Assembly (NCBI GenBank): GCA_964634175.1
Contig: CAZWIL010000002.1
Location: 1-49,606, forward strand
Length of the DNA: 49,606 nucleotides
Direction: 5' to 3'
Origin: an uncultured Vicinamibacteraceae bacterium
GTDB lineage: Bacteria; Acidobacteriota; Vicinamibacteria; Vicinamibacterales; UBA8438
The position numbers were made by a program, and so were the translations under genes. The stretch's first letter is position 1. Each line of letters begins with the position of its first letter. Shown one piece after another: positions 8,562-15,611 of this stretch. The notes below the pieces were generated by a model that saw only the letters and a list, made by a program, of their open reading frames with translations, was not told the origin of the DNA and did not search any database.

Positions 8562-9224
8562 ATGATGTCTGTTCAGAATTTCAAATTTGCTTGCATAGCC
8601 TGCATCCTGCCGGGGCTCTTTTTGCAGGCATGTACCCCAAATGCGGAAATAGACCCAGTCGAGTCTCAGACAACATCTGGTTCTCCTCAAACCTCGATTG
8701 CAACAATCGTTGGCCGAGCGCCTGAAGCAGCCGGAGGCACCCGTGCCGTCGTCATTCTTGAACCTCGTGAACCTCTTGATGTTCCCCTCCCGACTGAACC
8801 TGTTGAAATGGACCAATTCGGCCGTGATTTTATTCCACGTCTGATTGTTGTGCGTGCAGGCCAGCCAGTCCTATTCAAGAACAGCGAAGACGAACTCCAC
8901 ACCGTTCACGTTCAAGACGGTAAGGGGCTGTCCTTATTCAACGTGGCTATGCCCATCCAAGGCGGCGAACACGACCATACTTTTGATGACGCGGGAGACT
9001 ACGCCGTATCCTGCAACGCGCATCAAGAGATGCACGCAACCATCGTTGTTGTGGAAAGTCCGTACGCGGTTGTGGCCGACCGAGACGGGACATTCACCTT
9101 GTCAGAGATGCCGCCTGGTAGTTATGACGTAACGCTCAGACAAGGCAATCAACAACACACACAGCTCGTCGAGATCCTAGCCGGAACAAACGAGTTACAA
9201 CTCGACTTTCCATCCACGAGCTAG
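8562..9224 (+). CDS. Cupredoxin (amicyanin-like type-1 copper site) lipoprotein with a C-terminal carboxypeptidase-regulatory-like domain
   Basis: Lipobox-like LFLQAC. AGQPVLFKNSEDELHTVHV ... YAVSCNAHQEMH gives His, then Cys151-x2-His154-x2-Met157 (9012..9032), the same C-x2-H-x2-M loop spacing as amicyanin. The C-terminal DGTFTLSEMPPGSYDVTL is a CarboxypepD_reg-like strand pattern. Confidence 0.65.
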   Translation: MMSVQNFKFACIACILPGLFLQACTPNAEIDPVESQTTSGSPQTSIATIVGRAPEAAGGTRAVVILEPREPLDVPLPTEPVEMDQFGRDFIPRLIVVRAGQPVLFKNSEDELHTVHVQDGKGLSLFNVAMPIQGGEHDHTFDDAGDYAVSCNAHQEMHATIVVVESPYAVVADRDGTFTLSEMPPGSYDVTLRQGNQQHTQLVEILAGTNELQLDFPSTS

Positions 9225-9232
9225 CCACTCCG

Positions 9233-9270
9233 TGTAACCGGACTGTCACATTCCAGGCGTAATCTATATT
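9233..9270 (+). promoter_or_regulatory. Putative Pho box plus -10 for the PhoX-family gene
   Basis: TGTAACC-ggac-TGTCACA (9233..9250): two 7-bp repeats in 11-bp register, close to the E. coli CTGTCAT-type box. After 14 nt comes TATATT (9265..9270). AGGAGA at 9292..9297, ATG at 9307. Confidence 0.55.
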
Positions 9271-9306
9271 TGTAGTAGCCTAGACAGATTCAGGAGACCA
9301 CACTCC

Positions 9307-10842
9307 ATGTCTGATTTCAAACTGTCCGCAAGATCATTCAATCGACGACAGTTTCTGCGAGGCAGTGCAGCGACCGCAGCATCGACTCTCGCGAGTCCCT
9401 TCGGATTTTTGAGCACACAGTTACTCGCAAATCAAACGTTGTGTGGAACACGTGGACCGAGTCCGTATGGCCCCTTGGTTCCTACTCAAGACCAGGCGAC
9501 GGGCCTCTATCTCATCATGTTACCCGCCGGATTCACATACACAACACTCAGCTGGGCCGGCGATACGTTGGACGATGGCAACCCCGTTCCAACCGGCCAC
9601 GACGGAATGGCTGTGGTCGACATGCGAGGACAAGGGAGCACTGCCGAGTACCTGCTTATCCGCAACCAAGAAGTCTTCGGCCTGGGGCAACCAATCGCCT
9701 CAGGATACAACTACGACAATCAGGGCCCCGGTGGTACTACCGTGCTTCGCATACAAAACGGCAGGTTGCTGGAACACCTCGTGAGTCTCTCAGGAACTAG
9801 CGGGAACTGCGCCGGCGGTCCAACGCCGTGGGGCACGTGGCTCACATGCGAAGAAAGAATAATCGTTGGAGATGAACCTCACGGATACGTCTTTGAATCA
9901 ACACTCTCACGAGTCACAACGCCGACCCCACTTCGGCGAATGGGTCGGTTCAAGCACGAGGCTGTCGCGGTTGACCCGAAGACCGGAGGCGTCTACCTCA
10001 CGGAAGATAATTCGAGCAACAATACGGCCCCCGCGTCACGCAACCGCATGCGTGGAAATTCCGGATTCTATTACTTCGACCCAGATGACAAACTGGGAGG
10101 GCTGGGTTCTCTCAATAACGGCGGGACCCTGTATATGCTCCAAGCTCTTCTGCCAAGCACTGACACCGTCGTCGAAGACCTACGAAATCCCGAATGTCTA
10201 TCGGAATATGACGTTAGGTGGGTCGAGATTACGGAACCAGACGCAGACTCGACAGACATTCTGTCCGGCCCGTATATCGAAGGTCGCACGGGAGGAGCCA
10301 CTCGGTTTCAACGATTGGAAGGATGCTGGTGGGACTCGCGGGAAGACCGGGTCGTCTTTGTTGACACCGAAGCGGGACCGGTCTCCGCGCAACCAGATCG
10401 TAACGACCGCGCCGAAGGTGCCGTCTGGTCCTATGACCCGAGGAGTGCATCCCTAACTAACTTGTTTGTATCACGGGGTGCGGAAGCACTATCCGCCTAC
10501 GGCTCTGACAACCCCGACAACGTAGCAGTCAGTCCGCAGGGGGGAATCATCTTGTGCGAAGATGGCGGACAAGACGATGGGAACGGACTGGCTCTCCTAG
10601 GACTCCTGCCCAATGGGCAGACGTTCGAATTTGCTCGGAACATTGTGGAGATAGACAATGGCGACCAGGAAGCACTTTCAACCGCCGGGCACAATCCTGA
10701 TGCCATCGAAACAGGAAATTACAGTGGCCGCGAATGGGCGGGAGCCACGTTTAGCCCAGACGGGCGGTGGCTATTCGTTAACATCCAGAGACCCGGAATC
10801 ACGTTCTGCATAACCGGCCCATGGAGTACGGGGCCTTTTTAG
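9307..10842 (+). CDS. PhoX-family (DUF839) phosphatase-like protein, Tat-exported
   Basis: Twin-arginine signal SFNRRQFLRGSAATAAS. DUF839/PhoX-like beta-propeller motifs (GHDGMAV, CAGGPTPWGTWLTCEE, PDNVAVSPQGGIILCEDG, EWAGATFSPDGRWLFVNIQ). Confidence 0.75.
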   Translation: MSDFKLSARSFNRRQFLRGSAATAASTLASPFGFLSTQLLANQTLCGTRGPSPYGPLVPTQDQATGLYLIMLPAGFTYTTLSWAGDTLDDGNPVPTGHDGMAVVDMRGQGSTAEYLLIRNQEVFGLGQPIASGYNYDNQGPGGTTVLRIQNGRLLEHLVSLSGTSGNCAGGPTPWGTWLTCEERIIVGDEPHGYVFESTLSRVTTPTPLRRMGRFKHEAVAVDPKTGGVYLTEDNSSNNTAPASRNRMRGNSGFYYFDPDDKLGGLGSLNNGGTLYMLQALLPSTDTVVEDLRNPECLSEYDVRWVEITEPDADSTDILSGPYIEGRTGGATRFQRLEGCWWDSREDRVVFVDTEAGPVSAQPDRNDRAEGAVWSYDPRSASLTNLFVSRGAEALSAYGSDNPDNVAVSPQGGIILCEDGGQDDGNGLALLGLLPNGQTFEFARNIVEIDNGDQEALSTAGHNPDAIETGNYSGREWAGATFSPDGRWLFVNIQRPGITFCITGPWSTGPF

Positions 10843-10888
10843 GATAGCGCGGGAGAATCGTCACCTTTGACACACCGAGAGTGCCGAC

Positions 10889-11200
10889 TTAGCTTCGGAT
10901 ACTAGTTTCGGAATCAAGAGCGACGCCCTGGACTACGTCGCTGTCGTTCTCCGTCCCACACACTGCTTGCCCCAAGACGTCCTCAGACATGAAACGGCTT
11001 TCATCATCGGAAGGTCTCCCGCATCGCCAGACGCGGGTCGGTAGCAGATCAATAAGCCACGCGCGGCCACCAGTATGATGTGCCGTATCGTCACAATCTG
11101 GAGACTTTCGACTCACGATTCGCGACACTGTCAATCCGGTTGACGGGTCACGAATAACGGAGGCCGTGCACCCACACCACAATTTTAGTGTATTGCCCAT
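10889..11200 (-). CDS. Hypothetical small Cys-rich protein (doubtful CDS)
   Basis: 103-aa ORF with an ATG start, and the only ORF of 60 aa or more in the gap 10843..11712. The AAGGGG sits directly against the ATG, so the spacing is poor. No recognisable motif. Cys residues at WCGC, PDCDD, WRCG and AVCG. Confidence 0.3.
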   Translation of the reverse strand: MGNTLKLWCGCTASVIRDPSTGLTVSRIVSRKSPDCDDTAHHTGGRAWLIDLLPTRVWRCGRPSDDESRFMSEDVLGQAVCGTENDSDVVQGVALDSETSIRS

Positions 11201-11286
11201 CCCCTTAAGCTATCAGGCAACTGTGTTCCCCACATCACGAGCGTGTTACATCTACGTAAACTTGTCGCCTGGAAAATTTACGAAGT

Positions 11287-11332
11287 CTTAACAGAGGTGT
11301 AACGCAAACGTAACCCTCGTTCTTCATACTTT
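11287..11332 (+). promoter_or_regulatory. Putative triple Pho box plus -10, pointing toward the monooxygenase cluster
   Basis: CTTAACA-gagg-TGTAACG-caaa-CGTAACC (11287..11315): three 7-bp repeats in exact 11-bp register. After 11 nt comes TACTTT (11327..11332). Same repeat class as upstream of pstS, the porin and the PhoX-like gene. Lies ~400 nt upstream of ATG 11713. Confidence 0.5.
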
Positions 11333-11712
11333 AGGTGTTCAAGTTGGCACGGCCACATTCTGGACCAACCGACTAGAACACTCGATAGATGGGCACGTTT
11401 TGCTCTGTCAACGAGCGTATGACTCGTGCTCAAGCAACCTCCTAAGCGTGCCTGTCTATCTCGTTCTCCTCCTTCATCCCCCTAGAATCACTTCGTTTGA
11501 ATCAAGACGTCCAAACTACCATTCAGCATCTGGGCCCGACTCATTGTCGCGACCGTTAACGACGCAGAAAGACGGGGGTCAACGGTCGCCATCGCCCCTT
11601 GTAAACCAGGCGAAAAACACCCTTGGTAAGCTTGACAAGACAGTGGTAAACTGCCAGAAATCCTAAGTTAGATCGATTTGAGATTCGGCTAAAATCCGAA
11701 AAGGAAAAGCCC

Positions 11713-13158
11713 ATGGAACGACCGTTGAAATCTCTAACTCTGACAGCGCTTGCGGTCCTCGTCTGTCTATTAGCCCCAGCCCTAGCGGTTGTTGCTGTAG
11801 CGGGCCAACCCTCAGACGAGGTGACGTTCACAAAGGACGTACTGCCGATTCTGCAGCGGTCGTGTCAGAAGTGTCACCGGCCCGGCACCGCAGCTCCGAT
11901 GTCACTGCTGACCTACGACGACGCACGTCCATGGGCCCGCGGCATCAAAGACCAGGTTACTGCGCGACGGATGCCACCTTGGCACCTCGACCGGTCGATT
12001 GGTCAATTTCAAGCCGACCCATCACTGAGCGATGACGAGATCAATACCATTGCTACCTGGGTCGACCGTGGTGCGCCACGTGGTAACCCCGCTGATGCCC
12101 CGCCGCCGCTAGAACTTGACAACCTGCAACAGTGGACGTACGGCGACCCCGATCTGGTTGTCTCCATGAAAGAAGGCTTCCTGATTCCGGCCGAAGGCCC
12201 CGACTTCTATCCGTCGGAAATCGTCGATCCAGGCCTGACTGAGGACCGCTATGTCAAATGGGTTCAGATCATCCCGTCGGCTTGGTGCTGTGTGCATCAC
12301 TCACACGTCTATGTCAGTGTGCCGGAAACAGCCGAGGACCTCGAAGAGTTTAAGCTGGGCATGGGATCAAACACGGACGAAATTGATCTGATCGAATACG
12401 CGATGGGAAGCAGCGGCCAGTTCTACCCGGATGGTACGGGCAGGAAACTCCCGGCTGGTGGGCAGTTCAGATTTGCGCCGCACTACCACCCCTGGGGCGA
12501 AGAAACACGTGATTTCCAAGAGGTCGGAATCAAGTTTTATCCAAAAGATGAGGTGCCGGAGTTAATCGTGACGGCTCATCGCTTACGCACCGGTATTGGT
12601 AATGACTGGGTACTCAACCGTGAAGAAGTCGAAGATCGACTGCTGCGAGCTGGATACGACCTTGACTTACACGGAACAGAAATGCCCGCAGACGCGTGGG
12701 TAGATGACAACACCCTGAACGGCATTGCTCGTATGAGCATCCCGCCCCATACCGTGGCCAAGCATGAACGGTTTTGGCCACTTCCTGATCCGGCGTTGTT
12801 GTTGAGTTTCCAGCCGCACATGCACTTCCGCGGTGACCGGATGTTGCTTGAAGCGATTCACCTGGATGGTCGCCGCGAGATTCTAATCGATGTCAATAAT
12901 TACGAGCAGACGTGGCAACTCGTGTACCCCTACAAAGAACCGCATCTCTTCCCAAAGGGCACGGTACTGCATAGTGTGACGTGGCACGACAACACCTCGA
13001 ACAACCGCCACAATGTCGACCCGTCAGCATGGATCGGGTGGGGTGGTCGAACCATGGACGAAATGGGTCACGGGTGGAGCGATATCGCCTTCATGACTGA
13101 AGAACAATACCAAGAGCGTGTGGAGAAACGCGAGCAGGACCGCGCTCAGGACCAGTAA
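11713..13158 (+). CDS. Secreted cytochrome c (Planctomycete-type CxxCH module) fused to a PHM/DBH-like type II copper monooxygenase domain, paralogue A
   Basis: Signal peptide. FTKDVLPILQRSCQKCHRPGTAAPMSLL (CxxCH at 11863..11877). Then CCVHHSH (H195, H196), APHYHPWG (H257, H259), QPHMHFRG (H369, H371) and GGRTMDEMG (M448, M451), which mirror the CuH (H,H,H) and CuM (H,H,M) ligand sets of peptidylglycine alpha-hydroxylating monooxygenase. SD AAGGA lies 7 nt upstream. Confidence 0.7.
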   Translation: MERPLKSLTLTALAVLVCLLAPALAVVAVAGQPSDEVTFTKDVLPILQRSCQKCHRPGTAAPMSLLTYDDARPWARGIKDQVTARRMPPWHLDRSIGQFQADPSLSDDEINTIATWVDRGAPRGNPADAPPPLELDNLQQWTYGDPDLVVSMKEGFLIPAEGPDFYPSEIVDPGLTEDRYVKWVQIIPSAWCCVHHSHVYVSVPETAEDLEEFKLGMGSNTDEIDLIEYAMGSSGQFYPDGTGRKLPAGGQFRFAPHYHPWGEETRDFQEVGIKFYPKDEVPELIVTAHRLRTGIGNDWVLNREEVEDRLLRAGYDLDLHGTEMPADAWVDDNTLNGIARMSIPPHTVAKHERFWPLPDPALLLSFQPHMHFRGDRMLLEAIHLDGRREILIDVNNYEQTWQLVYPYKEPHLFPKGTVLHSVTWHDNTSNNRHNVDPSAWIGWGGRTMDEMGHGWSDIAFMTEEQYQERVEKREQDRAQDQ

Positions 13159-13198
13159 CGAGGCCCAGAAACGTCGAGAGCGAATAACGGAGGATTGT

Positions 13199-14623
13199 AT
13201 GGCTGCACGGTGCAAAATTCTGATCATACTGTCGGCGGTTTTTGTGTTGGGGAGCGGGTTGCCAAGTGTCGTCTTGGCCAACAGCGACGACCCAACGTTC
13301 ACAAAGGACGTGCTGCCAATTTTGCAGCGCTCGTGTCAGAAATGCCATCGACCCGGCACGGCAGCACCCATGTCCCTCCTGACCTATCAGGAAACTCGTC
13401 CCTGGGCACGTTCAATTAAGGACCGGGTCAGCCAACGGCAAATGCCTCCGTGGCACCTTGATCGCAGTATCGGCACTTACAAAGACGACCCGTCTCTAAC
13501 CGACCAAGACATCGACACTATCGTCTCCTGGGTAGATAACGGCGCGCCGCAAGGGAACCCGGAAGACGCACCAGCCCCACTTGAGTTGGCCGCCTTTGAC
13601 GAATGGGTTCGAGGTGAACCTGACCTGATCGTGAGCATGAAAAACGGTTTTACGATTCCAGCTGAAGGCCCTGACCTCTTTCCTTCTGAAATCGTAGACT
13701 CTGGCCTAACCGAAGATCGGTATATGCAATGGGTTCAACTCATTACCACCGCTCACTGCTGTGTCCACCACGAGCACGTGTATGCATTTGTTGGTTCAGA
13801 TAGTCCAGACGGCAACGAAGCTGACAATGTGGAAACCACACACGTCACCGAGTACGTGATGGGGAATAACGGTGATGACTTCCCCGACGGAGCAGGCAAA
13901 CTACTTCGCGCCGGATCGAAGTTTCGTTTTGCTCCTCACTACCACCCGTGGGGCGAAGAAGTTCACGACATTTCAGAAGTGGGAATCAAATTTTATCCGA
14001 GAGAAGTGACACCTGAACTCGAAGTCACATCCCATCGAATTCGAACGGGTGTCGGTAACGACTGGACCCTTAACCGTGAAAAAGTCGAAGACTATTTACT
14101 TCGGCAAGGGTATGACCTTGACCTTGCTGCCGATGCTCCGGTCGAGGAGTTTCTGACTGAGGCCGACGTGAACAGTCTCGCGCAGCTCAGTATTCCACCC
14201 AACACGGTCGCCCGATCTGAGCGTTTTCTTCGATTGGATACGCCGGCGATGGTAATCAACTTCCAGCCGCACATGCATTTCAGAGGCCAGCGGATGCTAC
14301 TTGAAGCGATTCATATCGATGGGCGGCGTGAAATCCTGACGGATGTCCCTCGGTACGAACAGGTCTGGCAATTAACCTACACATACGACAAGCCTCACAT
14401 CTTCCCAGCAGGAACGGTCCTGCATTCCGTGGCTTGGCATGACAACACATCGGCCAATCGACACAACCCAGACCCGTCAGCGTGGATTGGCTGGGGCGGG
14501 CGAACCATGGACGACATGGGAAACGCGTGGACCGATATCGCCTTCATGACGGAGGAACAGTACGAGAAACTCCGAGACCAACGTGACCGCGAAGCGCGAG
14601 CCGAAGCCGATGATGGTCAGTAG
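13199..14623 (+). CDS. Secreted cytochrome c fused to a PHM/DBH-like copper monooxygenase domain, paralogue B
   Basis: Collinear with paralogue A, and most aligned residues are identical by eye. TFTKDVLPILQRSCQKCHRPGTAAPMSLL, CCVHHEH, APHYHPWG, QPHMHFRG and GGRTMDDMG are all retained. Start taken at ATG 13199 (GGAGG at 13188..13192), not the track start 13118, which overlaps gene A. Confidence 0.7.
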   Translation: MAARCKILIILSAVFVLGSGLPSVVLANSDDPTFTKDVLPILQRSCQKCHRPGTAAPMSLLTYQETRPWARSIKDRVSQRQMPPWHLDRSIGTYKDDPSLTDQDIDTIVSWVDNGAPQGNPEDAPAPLELAAFDEWVRGEPDLIVSMKNGFTIPAEGPDLFPSEIVDSGLTEDRYMQWVQLITTAHCCVHHEHVYAFVGSDSPDGNEADNVETTHVTEYVMGNNGDDFPDGAGKLLRAGSKFRFAPHYHPWGEEVHDISEVGIKFYPREVTPELEVTSHRIRTGVGNDWTLNREKVEDYLLRQGYDLDLAADAPVEEFLTEADVNSLAQLSIPPNTVARSERFLRLDTPAMVINFQPHMHFRGQRMLLEAIHIDGRREILTDVPRYEQVWQLTYTYDKPHIFPAGTVLHSVAWHDNTSANRHNPDPSAWIGWGGRTMDDMGNAWTDIAFMTEEQYEKLRDQRDREARAEADDGQ

Positions 14624-15440
14624 AAGAAATACAGTGGTATTTCGTTTTGGACTGAGAAGACTTGTCGCAATCAGTATTGGACTGTGCTTGGCCGTCAGTC
14701 AATACGCGACCCTGCCGTCTCATGCGCAGACCCAGTTTTTTGACGCAGGGCAGGAACGACAGGCGATCTATCCAGCATACGAAGGTTTTACGCGTAATGA
14801 AGATGGGTCATGGACCCTCTCATTCGCATATTTCAGCCACAACTCCACAACTGTCACTATTGCACCAGGCCCCGGGAACTTCTTTGAACCTGGGCAAGGC
14901 GATATCGGTCAACCGACAACATTTCATCCTGGCCATCATCGTTGGGAGTGCATTGTTGTAGTGGACGCCGACTTCGACGGAAACTTGCGTTGGACCCTCT
15001 CCCACGAAGACATCACCACCTCCACGAGCGAATCGATGCTCCAGTACAGTTGGGAATTCAGCGAAAGTGATAAGCGAAACGCGCTGCGGTCGATTGACAA
15101 TCCAACGGCGGTTCCGCGTGGCGTCTGCATCAATCGTCCACCTATTGTTCGAGTGCTCGGATATGGCGGAAGCCGAGGTCCACACGAATTACACATCAAG
15201 GTGGGTGAAGGCCTAAAGCTCTTTGGTAGTGTTCGTGACGAAGGTTTACCGAGGAATGGAACCCTCACATCCTCTTGGACCAAAATGAGCGGTCCTGGAC
15301 AAGTCTCGTTCGATAACGGCACCGAACCTAGGACACTGGCATTCTTTACGGCAGCTGGTGAATATGAGCTCCAACTCACCGGAAACGATTCAGAACTTCA
15401 GAACACCACGACGGTCAAGGTTGTCGTCGCGGCGTCCTAA
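14610..15440 (+). CDS. Secreted hypothetical protein: His-rich N-domain (HPGHHRWEC) plus a C-terminal PKD/Ig-like domain
   Basis: ATGATG at 14610 overlaps the stop of paralogue B (14621..14623) by 14 nt. Signal peptide RRLVAISIGLCLAVSQYATLPSHA-Q. The C-terminal LKLFGSVRDEGLPRNGTLTSSWTKMSGPGQVSFDN...YELQLTGND follows the PKD-like repeat pattern. The start could also be GTG 14583. Confidence 0.6.
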   Translation: MMVSRRNTVVFRFGLRRLVAISIGLCLAVSQYATLPSHAQTQFFDAGQERQAIYPAYEGFTRNEDGSWTLSFAYFSHNSTTVTIAPGPGNFFEPGQGDIGQPTTFHPGHHRWECIVVVDADFDGNLRWTLSHEDITTSTSESMLQYSWEFSESDKRNALRSIDNPTAVPRGVCINRPPIVRVLGYGGSRGPHELHIKVGEGLKLFGSVRDEGLPRNGTLTSSWTKMSGPGQVSFDNGTEPRTLAFFTAAGEYELQLTGNDSELQNTTTVKVVVAAS

Positions 15441-15611
15441 GTAACCCTTCCAGCATCCTATGTTCGACAACTCCAAACTTTTAAACGTTCTGTTGCAGTA
15501 CGGCCCCACTAAACTCTCTTCACCTCCGTCTCCGATAAATTACCCGCTAGCTAGCAGTCGCCTCGACCGACATGGGTCCGTCCCGATTGATCCCGTGATC
15601 TTGAATGCCGA

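Noticed and set aside
11400-11666. 88-aa ORF in the long leader upstream of the monooxygenase genes
   Set aside because: It starts at TTG with no SD. Its composition is low-complexity and proline/serine-rich, and no motif is present. I treated the region as non-coding leader instead. This cannot be fully excluded without conservation data.
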